A model generated the notes under the pieces. It was not told the origin of the DNA and made no database searches. It saw nothing but the letters and a program-made list of their open reading frames with translations. From assembly GCF_009914755.1 (NCBI RefSeq), contig NC_060925.1: a stretch of DNA of 64,000 nucleotides, one strand, 5' to 3'. This DNA is from the human T2T-CHM13v2.0 reference genome, Homo sapiens. Positions 47,647 to 63,147 of the stretch are shown here, piece by piece (the stretch's first letter is position 1; each line of letters starts with the position of its first letter). A program made the translations under genes and the position numbers.

Positions 47647-50600
47647 GCGAATCTGGATTGGGAAAGTTGATATTAATCAACTCATTATTCCTCACAGATT
47701 TGTATTCTCCAGAGTATCCAGGTCCTTCTCAGAGAATTAAAAAGCCTGTACAGGTCTACATATTGGTATTTTTAATTGATGATAAGCTGGAATAATATTA
47801 ATACACACAAAGCACGTGTTGTAACTTTCATTATGCTTCCCTAGAGGTAAGATGCAAATTTGCCCTTAGCCAGTGTAAGATGGTAAATATGACTTCATAA
47901 AATCAAAAAAACAGAGGAAGTACAGTTAATCGAAAGAATTATCTTGACTAGAACTTTCCAAATTTGTCCTAAGGATTCTCCTAGAGATGACACTGTGACA
48001 TAGTAACCAATTCCCCTGGAGTTGTGCTATGTAGTATGATAGTCATTTGCCACATGTTTAAATCAATTAAAATTAATTAAATTAAAATGCAATTTCTCAT
48101 TTGCTCCAGATACATTTCAAGTGCTCAACAGCCACATGTGGCAAGTGGCTGCCATTTTGTGCAGCACATATATGAAGATTTTCATCATTGTAGAAAATTG
48201 CATTGGACAGTGTAGAGAAAACATGATTCATAGAAAAACTATTGTTATTTAAATAGTGTTCTATATTAGTCAGTGGGATAATACCATATCATAGTTGAAT
48301 GGCAATAGCAATTCTGTAAAACTCCCATGCTATATGTGATCTAATTTACTGCTTCTCAGTCTTTGCTACGCATTCCAATCCTGGGTATCCTGTTAAATTT
48401 ATTTCTTCTAGTAGTTCTGAGATGGGCTGCCTTTCTACATTTCTAACAAGATCCCAGGTGATGCTGATGCCGCTGGATGGTAGATCACACTTTATAAAGC
48501 AAGGGGCTAGACTCTAGATATGCACTTTTTATTAAATAGTACAGCAGCCTGTAGCCACATGTGGCTATTAATCTTTGAAATGTGGGTAGTCTGAATTGTG
48601 ATGTTCTGCAAATATAAAATATGCCACAGATTTCTAAGACTGAGCATGGAAAAGAAAATCTCCGTAATTTTTTATATTGATTGTATACTGCAGTGATAAT
48701 ATTTTGGATGTATCGGGTTAAATAAAATTGACTGATTTCACCTTTTTCCTATTTTAAAAGTGGCTACTAAGAAAATTTTAAATTACTTACATGACCGACA
48801 TGGTATTTTTATTTGGCAGCGCTGCTCTAAGCTGTTGATGAAAAATATTGTTGGTGAGCTCTGCTTAGGTAATATGTAGGACACGAGCAGAGAGGAGGCA
48901 CGTGAACAGTCCTGGCTGAAGTAGGCTTCATTGAGGCCGTGATGCTTTTAGCTGGATTTGAAGAAGTGGTAGTGAGCATCCCAGTGCACAGGATAGGAGG
49001 ACAGTCTATATATTCTGAGCAGTAACTCATATATATCATACTGCAAGACCCCAAAGGAGTAATTTTTTGAAGTAAATATCTTATTTCTCCTTTTTAATGT
49101 TTCTATTTTGGGAATTTTTTTTTTTTTAGTAACCTTCATAGGGCTTGAGATTTAAAATTACCTGCAAAATTCTACTCTAAAAACTTGATCCTACATGCTT
49201 ATTTATTTTGTGATAAATATTGGAAATTTTAAACCTAAGCAAGAAAATGAACTTTGAACTTTCTTAATTTGGGTATCTATTATGAATACCTTCACTTAAG
49301 TATTTATGAATTTAGATATGAAAGGTAAAACTAACCACTATCCAAATTAATATACAGTTCATTTCCAGAACCCTAGTTTCTTCCATGTGCTCACTCGCAT
49401 TCAGTATTACAACCCCCAAAGATAAACACCTTACTGACTGCCTTCTCCATAAATTTGCCTGTTCTTGAACGTTATATACGTATACTTTTTTGTATCTGTT
49501 TTCTTTCAGTGAAGATTATGTCTGTATTATTTACTCATGTTGGGTGTAGTTGTTTTTTTCATCGTCGTATAATACTCCATTGTGTGAATGTATAAAGTAT
49601 ATCCTTTATTATTTATTGTAGATAAGCCTTTGGGTTTTCAGTTTTTTACTAACGGGAACATTCTTGTGCATGTCTTAGTAGACTTAGGCACTCATTGCTG
49701 TTGTGTGTGCATAAAGATATAAAGGTATTTGAGTTTATTTTATTTGATTTCTAGTGAGGTTGAACATGTCTTGTACTCAATAACTGTTCAGATTTCATTA
49801 AAGTCTTTTGGTAATCTTAATATTTTCTGTCATTTTCTTGCTGATTTATAGGAGTTTGAAAAATCTAATAATCCCCTACATTTTAGATATTGCAGACATT
49901 TTCTCCCCAGGTGAGCATCTGTTAAAGATGTGACATGCCCTCAATTTATTTTAGAATTCTTACATTGGCTTAGCTTCAAAATAAATTGCCTAAACCCATT
50001 TTACCTTCCTTTAAAGTAACACTTCAAAAATATCCTCTTCTGTTGTGAATATCTTCCCGGAAACTCTCTTTATCTTGAAAACAAAGGGGTAATGGAGGTA
50101 CTAGAGAATATCTCTAGTAGGATTTTTAAGACAGGCCTGTGCACCACTGTTAAATATCTTTTCTGTACCAAAAAGAAGACCTGTAACATTTGAGAACCAG
50201 ATTGATCCTTAGTAGAATCCTGTAGAAGTCCTCTTTCCTGATTGAACCATAGAGGTGTATTCCTTTATATACTGAAAACTAGCTGAAGATAATCTAAACT
50301 CTTGTGCCCAGTTAGGAAAGAACATGCCATATTATGGACAGGGTCAGAGTCATTCAAGAAGCCTGAATATAGTTAGAAAATGAGAATGTAATCTTTTTAA
50401 TAGTTGGCTGGCTCTTTACCAAGCCCAGTAGTCTTGAAGATATAGGGGAAATAGTGTAAACGGTTGTCAAGATGAATCTAAAATGGAAATTAATCAGTTC
50501 CCTAGAATAGATTGAGAAATTAGCTTTAGGAAAAAGATAAATTTCACACACACTGTACCATGGAAGGTACAGTGCTGATTCAGACAGACTGGGAATGGTC

Positions 50601-53600
50601 TCATTTTTAAGTGGTGATGTGAGGTACTTCACTGAGCATTGTGACAGGCACGGGCTTGGGAAGAGCCTATTAGGAAATGGGAGAGGCATGAGACTAAGGA
50701 GCACATAAGAGTAATATTAGCAGAGAAATTCTTTTTGAGGTTGAAGGTCATGAATTTTATGGTATAGGAATAGAAAGAGGGGTTAATCCAGAATGGGATT
50801 TGAGTTGGAAAGGGAAAGAAATAAAGGTTTTGGGAAGGAGGTTGCTAATAGAAAATGAGAGGGGCAAGGGATTTGAGGTCTCAGTAAGGAGACAGGGATA
50901 TGAGGAGTGGAGAGGTTCAGAATAGAAAGCCAAATTAGAGTTTTGGGATCAACTTTCTTCTCAGTAAAGTAGTCCTGGGTCTTCGTGAGAAGGAAGTATT
51001 CTTCAGGCATAACTGTTCTACTATTGGTTACTTCCTCTTTCATTGTCTTGTGGAACACGATGAAACATTTAAGATGATATTCATCTTTTGAGCCAATAAA
51101 TAAGGGAAATAGATAGTTTTTGTGTTTGAGCTAAGTGGAGTATCTCAGGCCATTCCAATGTCTTCAGAGTTTTGGCTGTAATGCTACCTCTTGAGCAAGT
51201 GTAGGTAGAGGTAAGCTCTTGACAGAAAATTTTAACCCTCTCTTCAAAATGTTATATGCTTAATTAAATAACTTCTTAATTTACCTTAATAAATGGCGTA
51301 TAAACATTAAGTTAGAAAAGGTTAGTGTATATGAAGCTGTATAATCAACATTGTTTGACTTTTTTTCCTCAGATTGTAAAACTGAAAACTCAGTATACTA
51401 ATACTCTTGTATACTGTATACACTCAGTATTAGAAAATGAGTACCTTTGATTTCTGGAATCTCGGATGCCAAAAGAGGTCTCAATAGATGAATTATACAT
51501 AGATGATTCATAGACGATAGTTTTAGTTTTATTTATTTTTCAGGGAAAAACATTTGACAATGTTCTTGATTCATTTTTTTGGTATTAAATTATGCAGCTA
51601 ATCTTAGAGAACCCTGAGTGATGCCATAAAAGATGTTGATGTGGCCTGCTTAAGGAAAGTGCACGGGAAAGTGGCCATTTGGAATAGATTTGTTAAGAAA
51701 AGTTTGAAATTCTTGGACTCGAACTAATTTGTTTTCCATGGATCCCATGAGGATACTTGTAAAAGCAGATGATAGGGTCCAGTTGGATCCTGTGAATGGC
51801 ACTAGTTTGCAGTTATGTTTTCTGGATCTCTTCCATATGTCGCTGACTTCTTTGTATTTGACCATGTATGGACATACAGAATTTCATAGGCCAGAGAAGA
51901 AAAGAAGCTTTATAAACATTCCTTATGTGTGTAAAATACAAATCTTCATTTGTCTTAGCAAGTCAATAAGTAATTAAGTTGTTGAACTGATTTTTTTTTT
52001 AAACAGGGAAATATCTTAAAATTTAAGCTGTTAGGTTAAAATGTGTGTTTGGTATACAGCATATTACTGAAGGTAGAATGGGCTTCATTTGGTAATAAAG
52101 GAACCAGAAATATTTTTAAGTAAAATTGGGAGATGATTCATGTAGATTAACTATATTTTTGTATCACTTTCTAGAATACAGTACTATGTTGTTTAAAAGA
52201 GTAAGTAGGTAAAGGAGTGGTATAATTACTTTGGATATTTCTGCGTCAGCCACAGTTACCATGAATAAATGATCTGTCTTTATAAAGGAGATGGAAGTGA
52301 ATTCAAGATATTGAGATGTTAGATTTGACTGGGTTGTCCTTTGACTAGAAGATCACCAGATAAAGAAAATGTAAACTTCCTAAACCAGATAAGATGATAT
52401 TGTTAAAAAATTTTTTTGGCCCAGCACTTTGGGAGGCTGAAATGGGAAGATTGCTTGAACCCAGGAGTTTGAAGCTGCAGTAAGCTATGATCTACCATGC
52501 ACTCCAGCCTGGGCAACAGAGTGAGACCCTGACTAAAAAAAAAAATTTTTTTTCCTTTGGTTCTCATGATTTCACACTGATGAATCTGATTGTTTTCTCT
52601 GAGTCATTTTGCCTCTCTCATGTTATTAGGGTAACCTGATAATAGACATGTTATCTGAGTTATGTGGTATGTAACAGTGATCTTCTAAATGATGTGCATC
52701 CATCACTGATACTGAGGATGATCAGAAACTATTACAACTCTTATTTATTGATGTTTACTTTTAATCTACAGATAAATGATAATACATATTAATACTTAAT
52801 ATTCAGATTGCCAATAGTATATATTTGGTGGGTAAATATCTTTTGGATCTGCAAAATTTTCACTGATAGTTTGTATCAGGATCAAAGCAGTTTGAAGAAC
52901 ATTAATCTAAAAGATAAGACTTTGGCATCTCATTTCTCTAAAAGATAAGTCATGCATGTACACACTCAGGCAATTTTTTTCAGTTTTATAAGTTTTATTC
53001 TTGATAATAAAATTCTTTTAACAGAAAACTCTTGATTGCTATAGACCTCTGCTGTGTATTCAGTAGTCACTAGCCACATGTGGCTATTTAAGTTAATTCA
53101 AATTAAATAAAATTAAATATCAGTTCCTTATTTGCACTAGTCAGATTTTAAGGAGTAAGTAGCCACATGGGCAAGTGGCTACCATATTGGACAGTGTGGA
53201 TACACAACAATTCCATCATCTCAGAAAGTGTTATTGGATAGTGTGGCTACAGACTTTTCTTGCTCAGCAATCTTAGTCTCCGCATGTTAGTCTCTTCATG
53301 CATTAGGTAGCATCTATAAAACATGCCAAAAGGAAATAGGCTATCTCTAAAAGTGTCCCAAACTTTTTGTCTTGTAAATTAGCTTATCAGCATACTTGGA
53401 GCCTCTTGCCTTAAAAAGGACTTGATATAAATGTGTATCAGGAGAAAGCCTATCTTATGAAGGAATTATTCCCTTTTTATTTGAATCCATGTTTGCTTTA
53501 TCTTCGGCTCCTGAAAACTGATACTTTGCATTTAACAGCAGCATATGCCCAGGATGAATGATAATACATCTCCTGATACAGAGCTTGAGGTTACAGAATA

Positions 53601-55406
53601 TCTTAAATTGTTCCAGGAACTGTTGTTATCATTTAAGTCCAATAATCAGTAAGATTTCACCCTACCAGAATACACTTTTTTTTATTAACTGTCTGGACCT
53701 TTGCTGATTACATTGTCCGGAATGTGGAGTATCGCATTTGAGAAGAGGATTGGATCCTAGCCATAACATAAATATAAGGGTAATTACATCCATGCTGAGA
53801 AAGATTTAGGAATGATAGTAAGTTCATTTGAGTGAGTGGTTTGGGCCAAACTTGATAGAGAATAGTCCAGGAAGACATTTACTATAAACAGTAGATTAAA
53901 TGTTCTTGCCTGGTTAATTACATTTGAACTCTGTGAATGACTGAATCACTCAAACTGCTTAATTGTATTATTAGATGCACATTTAAGTTATGTATTACAT
54001 GTCTTTAGTGGTGATCAGAATTTTATCAGTTCCTCTGTCTTTCTTTATACCAAGTATGACTCATAAACCCAGTATTAATTTGCCAAGAGATTGGCATACT
54101 ATTTGTATATATGCTTTTCTTTCAAATAATCTGGATTCCCAATGCCCACAATCATTGATCCTAAAGAAAATGTGAGAGTAGGTAGATAAACTCAAACATC
54201 CCTACCATCACCCCTGGTAGGAAATCACTGGTGTAATGTATGATATTAACATCTGCACCAATTACTCTTATAGGTGGAACAATCCAAAGTTTTAATCAGA
54301 GAAGGTGGTGTTCAGTTGCTGCTTACAATAGTTGATACCCCAGTATTTGGAGATGCAGTGGATAACAGTAATTGGTAAAAAGGATTTGTCCTCACAACTT
54401 TCCAGTGTATTTGGGGTACTGGGGTGGTTAAACTTTCTCTTCTTAACATTTTAAAACTCTTCTTAGCAAAGGTCACCAAACTTCAAGTAACATGACAGGT
54501 TTGTATACCAACTTTGCCACTTATTTGACAAAGTTTAACTTCAAAGTTAAACAAAGAAGTTTAACTTCTTTGAACCCATTTACTTTTTGATAAAATGGAG
54601 ATAATACCTATCATAAAATTGTTTTGAAGACATATTCCAAAATAACGTAGCTAGATAGAAGAATTCTCATTATTGGAAGAAATTTAAAATGCTTTGCTTT
54701 AATTTTATCCATTTGTATAAATTCTATCACAATCCTAATTTAAACCTGATATTTAGACCTTCAGTTTTTCCATAAGTCCTAAGTGAAGAAAACAACTATG
54801 AAATTTTAGTCTGAAGTAATTATCTTAGTATTTTATAAATAACTTTAATTTTGTTTGAATTCACATTGTTTTTGAGGTATTTTTCTGTCAACTCTTAAAA
54901 CTCCTAAGTTCATCATGAAGTTTTTATATTATTTAAGTAATCTCTCATTTGAAATTTGAAACTGAATATAATCGTTTTCATATTATGAAGTGTGTTATTA
55001 ATACACTTACTAGTGCCAATAGTATGCTAATAATTTAGCTGTGTTTCAACAATAAATATTTTCTTTCATTTGGAAAGTTTTGAAATAATGAATAAAGATT
55101 TATTCAACACAATTTATATTTTTGAATCTTTATATAGAATAACTTGACATATCTTCCATTGGTTAATTCATTTTGCCTATTTGAAAATATTGATTATTGT
55201 CCTTTAACAGTCATCAGTTAATTCATATGTAGAATTGCAACTTAATTGTTTTGTTTATTTGCATTCTATAGCTGGCAGCCTGCTATCAATTACATTGATA
55301 GTAAATTTGAGGACTACCTAAATGCAGAATCGCGAGTGAACAGATGTCAGATGCCTGGTAACAGGGTGCAGTGTTGTTTATACTTCATTGCTCCTTCAGG
55401 ACATGG
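47647..55406 (+). pseudogene. SEPTIN7P13: Unprocessed SEPTIN7 pseudogene fragment; exons 47647-47753, 54274-54374, 55272-55406
   Basis: Exons translate to [36 protein letters not shown] / [34 protein letters not shown] / [45 protein letters not shown], with AG/GT boundaries. No upstream or downstream SEPT7 exons seen. The number is recalled. Confidence 0.92.
48030..48830. mobile_element. MER3/MER5/MER33-type hAT fragments (another MER3-like at ~53045-53250)
   Basis: agccacatgtggc palindromic cores; aacaagatcccaggtgatgctgatgc. Confidence 0.55.
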
Positions 55407-56572
55407 GTCAGTAACCTGATACTTCTGATTCCTTTTTGTTGTTGTTGCTTACTGTTACCTTTATGTGCATATTTGAGTAATCTTTAAGTTTGTGAAGTAC
55501 ATACAACTATACCCATTATTAAGTACCAAATTTCATGTAGAAATGTCTTAGTTGAAAAGCCTTTTTAAGTCCTGTGCAAGCTAACAGTGATTTTACTCCT
55601 TAGTTCTTATTCATAAGGATTTTCCCTGCTTCATGGAAATAAACAGTGTTGCCACCATGGTTTGAGGTCTCAATGTGGCAAATTTAGCTTTCATGTTGAA
55701 CTACCAAATAAAGAGAAGCAGCCAAACCAGTTAGACATATTCAAAATAAATCCAGAGATGCTATTTATTATAAGTCTCATAAGAGATGGTTATCAAAAGC
55801 ACTTGCATGCCAATGTTTTCTTGTGCCATTTCTTAATGCAAAAAATCTGTTTGGCTTCTGTTTCACCTTAGCTGTCATAGACATGTTTAAGTATCATGTT
55901 GTCAGTACTAACCTTTTGTTTATTAGGACATAAGACCTAAGAATCTAGACATTAATCTGATGTGATTGTTCTGTTTGTTATAGTTAGCCTGTACTCCCTT
56001 TTTTTGTTCTTTGTACTTCCCCTTTCATTTTGAGTACATATATGTGTCATTTGTAACTGCAGATTTTTCCAATTATTCTTCCTCAGTCTTTTCCTTTGGG
56101 TAAGTAACTCAGCATACATAATTCAGCCACCTGGTGATTGTAACTCCACCATCTCTCCACCAAAAGAACTGTAGTAGCATCAAGCTACATAGCATTAAGT
56201 TATCTAACACTCACATTACAGTAGAGTAAACCAATTCCTTCAGGTATATCTTTCTCTTCCATTTTTGGCTTCTCGCTCTCTTTTTTTTGTTTGTTTTTAT
56301 AGATGGGTCAATGCCCATTATCACTCTAGATGGATAAGGGAGCCTTAATTATATACTTATATTTTTGCACTGTCAGATTGGAGTGGGGTAAAAATGTTTC
56401 TTCTTTTATGTGTAATACTCTTGTTTTTTTTTTGGTTTTTTTTTTTTGCTGTGCCCTAGACCATTACATAACTGAAGACTCCCACCTTCAGGCAGGTTTG
56501 GGTAGTACACGTTTGTAACTACCTGGCATTGCCTTTTGTTGAAGTAATTTCAGTTTTTATTAGTAGTAGTAG

Positions 56573-56965
56573 TAGTATACTTTAAGTTCTACAGTATATG
56601 TTCACAATGTGCAGGTTTGTTACATATGTATACATGTGCCATGTTTGTTTGCTGCACCCATTAACTGGTCATTTACATTAGGTATTTCTCCTAATACTAT
56701 CCCTCCCCCATCCTCCATGCCACGACAGGCCCTAGTGTATGATATTTCCCGCCCTGTGTCCAAGTGTTCTCATTGTTCAATTCCTACCTATGAGTGAGAA
56801 ATACCTATGCGGTGTTTGGGTTTCTGTCCTTGTGATAGTTTGCTCAGAATGATGGTTAACAGCTTCATCCATGTCCCTGCAAAGGACATGAACTCATCCT
56901 TTTTTATGGCTGCATAGTATTCCACAGTGTATATGTGCCACATTTTCTTAATCCAGTCTATCATT
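56573..56965 (-). mobile_element. L1PA 3' end fragment
   Basis: tatactttaagttcta...gtgcaggtttgttacatatgtatacatgtgccatg...aaggacatgaactcatcc. Confidence 0.9.
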
Positions 56966-57535
56966 TTATGGTGTTCTCAGTTTATATATTTAAATCACTA
57001 AACTGACTCTTTGACTTAAAAGGCTCAAAAAAAGTCATCTCAAAAATACAACACACTTTATAACCTTTTATAAGTATTTGTGTAGCTTCTTGAATTTATA
57101 TTTTTAAATCATTCTCATTTAACTTGTCAGGGCCTTTTCCTGAAAGCCAGGAGAGTGAAATCTTAACCTGCAGTTAAGTCAATAAAATTTGTCAGCTTAT
57201 AACCAATTTTATTATTTTAGATTTTCTGGACTCTCTCCAACTATAGTAATTCTCATGAAATCACATTCCTGCCATCCCCTTGGGGAAAATTTTATTTCTT
57301 AAAATTGCATGGGAAATGAGAGCTTTTTTAAAAGAAAAAAAGTTTTATATTCAAATGATATGTAGTGGCTTTGTGCCATTTCTTATTCATCACAAGGGGT
57401 AAGATGTTTAAAATTGCTATATCTTATATATAAAAATGTACCTTTGAATAATTTCTCAGTTTAACTATTTTTAGAAATGGAGCAAAGTTTTGCCCATTGG
57501 TACATGATATTGTGGATTAAGTGAAAGAATATGAG

Positions 57536-57831
<296 letters not shown>

Positions 57832-58779
57832 GAATATGACACAGAATTTTATGTATAGAGTTCCAGGTACCCTGCTCACTACAGACTGAAATTCTGTGCA
57901 GTCTAATAAATGAATCAGAGCCTTTCCATCTTGTCTGGGTAGTCCCTAGGTTCCCTTTTTAGAGGGTTTTGTTTTTAGAGTGATTATAAATTCATCCAAC
58001 AGTGCACTTTCAGTGCCTCCTACCTCCCTCTACCAAGTATGAACTGCATGCATGGCTGATATATGATTTTGGCTATTATCGCTTCATGTGCATTGTTCAC
58101 TATTTTGTAACTGTTATTAAAGTAAAATACTGACTTGGAACATGAATTTTAAAATGGTGTTTTATCCTTCTAGTATTGATTCCCACTTTTAGAAAAATTG
58201 GTGTCATTCAGTGAGTTTTATATAGAAGGATTTTTTCCCTTAGAAATACATACATACATACATACAAAAAAAATTTGTTATTTTCCCTGTAGTTGTTTAT
58301 TATGCTGTAGAATTTGAGGCTAAATAGTCTTTTCTCTCTGCTGTGGGTTTATCTTCTAGAAATGATAAAGGATTTTCTATTGCTTAAAAACAAGATTTAA
58401 AAACTAAATTTGTTGACGAAAAGACTAGCCAATATAAATCTAAATGGACAGAGGGAAAAAATTCAACCAGAATGTAATACACATGTGAACTAAATGTTTT
58501 CTGTTGCTGACGTTTTGTAGGCTTCTGAAATTTAATGAGACTTTTACAAGGTTTACCTTTTTTCCTAGAGTTTAATTTTTAAACTGACTTAAATGTTTTT
58601 TGACACTTTGGTTATATTTAAGAAGTTGACTTCTCTAATTTCCTTGTCATGTTTATTTTTAAATATCTTTCTCTTTAAAAGTTGGGATACTATAATAAAT
58701 ATTCAGCAAGTATTTTGTGTTTAAATATAAAATCTTGTTATTTGGATTTTAATACTTTATATATAGTATTTATATATAA

Positions 58780-60110
58780 ATATAATATAAACAAAACTAA
58801 AGACTCTATGAAAGAATCAAATGGATTTTCTATAACTGAAAATTTCAATGACTAAAATTAAGATATTACCAGATAGGTTTAACAGCAAATTCCATAAAGT
58901 TGGTAAGAAAACAAGAATACTCAAAAAATGGAAAGAAGTAGAAAATAAAAGCACTGAGAAGCATAGAATGCAAATTTAGAAAAGAGCTTAAGAGACATAT
59001 CAGACATGGTAAAAGGTTTAACACACATATAATCAAATTTTCCTAGCTCTGTTCACGGAAAGGGCCTGGGAGCTGCAACACCTCAACAGCAACGAGCACA
59101 CCTGCTACCTAGAACTTGGTTTCTAAAAACCATCCTCCTCTAAAAGGAAACAGAGCTCTTTGAAGAAATGGTAATTTCAAAGCTAGAGCACAGAAAGTAT
59201 AAGATGAGCCCAGAATATCTTTTTGTACAAGAAAGTAAGGCAATGCTCAAAGAATGATGGAGACATGCCCAAAAAAAGCAGAGAAGCCAACTTGAAAAGA
59301 TTCCAACAGGCCAAATATGGGACAATTTGAACATCAGAATAAAATGGTGACAGTCACAGAATTATAACCCATTGAAGAAAGGAATTCATGACATCATATT
59401 AATATAAATAATAATTGAATATTGAAATTCGTTAAAGGAAATGAGATATTTATGTAGTCTTAAGGTATCTTCTCACAAATTATGTATTACTTACAAAGGG
59501 GAAAAGTGCACCTTGACATGAGAATCTTGGCAGAACCACTTTAATCAAGAGGTTTAGTTGAGCATTATCAGTAACAGAGTAAATCAAAATCATGAGCCAC
59601 TTGATAGATACAATGAGAAAATAAAGCATCACTTCTGTGACACCCTATAAAAAATGAATCTAATAATGAGGAAACATTAGAAAAAAACCAAACTGAGGGA
59701 TATTCTACAAATAAATGGTCCTGTAATCTTCAAAAATTTCAAGGTTATAAAAGTCAAGAAAAACAGACAATCTTTTCCAAACTCAGGGGAACTAAAGAGG
59801 CATGAAATCTAAATGCTTAATTCTGGATTTCATCTTTTTGATATAAAGAACAGTATTGAGACTATTGATAAAATTTGAGTGGGGTCTGAAGATTCATTGG
59901 TAGTAGTAAGCTCAATTTAATTTCCTCACTTTGATCATTGTACTCTGGTTTTTTAGAATGTTCTAGTCAACAGGTAATATGAATTAAACTAATCGAGGGT
60001 GACAGGGCATTATATCAGCCACTTATCAACAAACATTTCAGAGAAAAATAGTTCCTTGTATTGTTATTGCAATTTTCTTTGAGATTGCCCCCTCCAAAAC
60101 AGTAAGAACT
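58780..60110. mobile_element. Old L1M-like fragments
   Basis: A-rich L1-like sequence (aatctaataatgaggaaacattag, ccaaactgagggatattctacaa). Subfamily and bounds uncertain. Confidence 0.5.
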
Positions 60111-60171
60111 TTCAAAAACAAACAAATATATCAAGCCACAGATTCAAAGTGCTATAAACTCCATGCATGAT

Positions 60172-60410
60172 TAGTTCTCACTCATAGGTGGGAATTGAAC
60201 AATGAGAACACATGGACACAGGAAGGGGAACATCACACACCAGGGCCTGTTGGGGAGGGGGAGGGGGGAGGGATAACATTAGGAGATATACCTAATGTTA
60301 AATAACGAGTTAATGGGTGCGGCACACCAACATGGCACATGTATACATATGTAACTAAACTGCACATTGTGCACATGTACCCTAAAACTTAAAGTATAAT
60401 AAAAAAAAAA
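60172..60410 (+). mobile_element. L1PA 3' end, 5' truncated
   Basis: gttctcactcataggtgggaattgaacaatgagaacacatggacac...cttaaagtataat followed by poly-A. Confidence 0.92.
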
Positions 60411-60989
60411 TCATACCTAGGTATATCACAATAAAACTTGACCTCAGAGTTTCTAGCTCTCAAGGCCAATTCCTCCCATCCTGCCACTAACAGATTTCTC
60501 CAAACATCTCTGCACCTCAGAGTGCAAATACCATCAAACATTTCACTCCATTGATAGGAAGCATCCTTCACTATCTTCTACCAAGGCCTTTCTCCTTTGT
60601 TGCTTCAAAATTTTTTATGAAAGGAACATCCATTTTATTCAAAGCACCTCCAAACCTGCAGTCCTAAGTTCCAGGCAACTCAATCCCAAAAATCCACTGT
60701 AGATGCCCAAAGGGTGGGGTGTTCGGTCTTCAACATTTTTGCCTTTATGGCTCCCAGTCAAGATAGAGCTGCACCAAGTCCAATTCCATTCCTCATCACA
60801 GATGATTTTTTCTACTTTAAGATCAGAACTATACAAGCTTCTTGCTTTGTGTCAGCATGCTGTTGTACCCATGGGCAAATTCTTAGGTAAGACAAAAACA
60901 CAGCCCCAAGGGCAGGTAGTAATTTTTTCAGAAAAAGGTAAGGCAATCATTTATCTCAGTCTGCCCAGGACAGTCCCAATTTACACATG

Positions 60990-62005
60990 TATATTCTCCC
61001 AATCTGTAGGCTGTCTTTTCATTTTGTTGATTATTTCATTTAATTTTTTATTATTTATTTATTTTATAGAGACAGATCTCATTATGTTGCCCAGGGTGAT
61101 CCTTGATCTCCTGGCCTCAAGTGATCCTCCAACCTTGGTCTCCCAAAGTGCTGGGATTACAGATGTGAACTACCACACCCAGTCAACGTGCAGAAGGTTT
61201 TCAGTTTGATGTAGTCTGATGTAGTCTCATGTATTTATCCTTGTTGTTGTTGCCTGAGCTTTTGGTGTGATATCCAAAAATATCATTGCCAAGATCAATA
61301 TCAAGAAACTTTCCCCCTATGTTTCTTACAGAAATTTTATGGTTTCAGATTTTTCATCTATTTTGAGTATATTTTTGTGTATGATGTAAGATAAGGGTCC
61401 AGTCTCCCCAGTGTTGGATATCCAATTTTCATAACACCATTTATTGAAGAGATTATTCTTTCTCCACTGTGTTTTCTTGATGTCCTTGTCAAAAATTAGT
61501 TGACTTTTATATGCTTGGGTTTATTTCTGGGCTCTATTCTGTTTCATTGCTTTACATCTCTGTTTTCATGCCAGTGCCACAGTGTTTTGATTACTATAGC
61601 TTTGTAATATAATTTGAAATCAGAATGTGTAATACCTATAACTTTGTTTTTTGCTCTAAAGATTTATTTATTTATTTATTTATTTTTGCCATTTCAGGTC
61701 TTTTGTGGTTTCATATGAATTTCAGAATTGTTTTTCCTATTTCTGTGAAAAATGCCATTGACATTTTGATAGGGATTGTGTTGAATCTATATATTGCTTT
61801 GGATAGTATGGATGTTTTAACACTATTAATTCTCCCAATCCATGAACATGAAATATCTTTCCATTCACTTGTGTCTTCTTCAATTTCTTTCATCAATGTT
61901 TTATAGTTTTCATTGTGCAGATCTTTCACTTACCTGGTTAAATTTATTCCTACAATTTCATTCTTTTTGATATTAGGGTAAATTGAATTATTTTCTTGAT
62001 TTCTA
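60990..62005 (-). mobile_element. L1M ORF2 fragment with an Alu half inserted
   Basis: Minus ORF 61711-61929 ([31 protein letters not shown]) is L1 ORF2. Confidence 0.85.
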
Positions 62006-62032
62006 TAAATTATTTATTATCATACTCATACT

Positions 62033-62401
62033 TGTCAGGCCTCTGGGCCCAAGCCTGCATGTATACATCCAGATGGCCTGAAATAACTGAAGAATCACAA
62101 AAGAAGTGAAAATGGCCAGTTCCTGCCTTAACTGGTGACATTACCTTGTGAAATTCCTTCTCCTGGCTCAGAAGCTCCCCCGCTGAGCACCTTGTGACCC
62201 CCGTCCCTGCCCACCAGAGAACAACCCCCTTTGACTGTAATTGTCCACTACCCACCCAAATCCTATAAAACAGCCCCACCCCTGTCTCCCTTCACTGACT
62301 CCTTTTTCAGACTCAGCCTGCCTGCACCCAGGTGAAATAAACAGCCTTGTTGCTCACACAAAGCCTGTTGGTGGACTCTCTTCACACAGATGCGCAAGAC
62401 A
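62033..62401 (+). mobile_element. LTR7-family (HERV-H) solo LTR
   Basis: TG..CA ends (tgtcaggcctctg...gcaagaca), TATAAAA, AATAAA; perfect 5-bp TSD atact at 62028-62032 and 62402-62406. Confidence 0.9.
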
Positions 62402-62745
62402 ATACTAACACCAATATTATTTTGATTCGTCAGATGGAAAAGTAAGGCTTGAAGAGGTTAGAAATAACTTTTCCAAGGTCACAGAGCTAATTGCCACAAC
62501 TATAACTCAGCTCTAGTATGTGAACAAAGATTTTTTTATACCAAACCAAAATTATTTATTTCTACTCCACTATTCTATCATGGTGCATTTTAGGTGCTAA
62601 TGGGAAAAGGTGCTCTATGATGGTGTCCAATAGACAATTAAAATTCGAATCTGGAAATGAGATCTGGACTGAAGATTTTTTTTAAAATTAGCCCTCATCA
62701 CATGTAGTCAGCTGTAGAAATCCTTAGCATGGCTGAAATTTTTCA

Positions 62746-63147
<402 letters not shown>

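Noticed and set aside
61711-61929. L1 ORF2-like peptide as an active element
   Set aside because: Short fragment of an old, interrupted L1.
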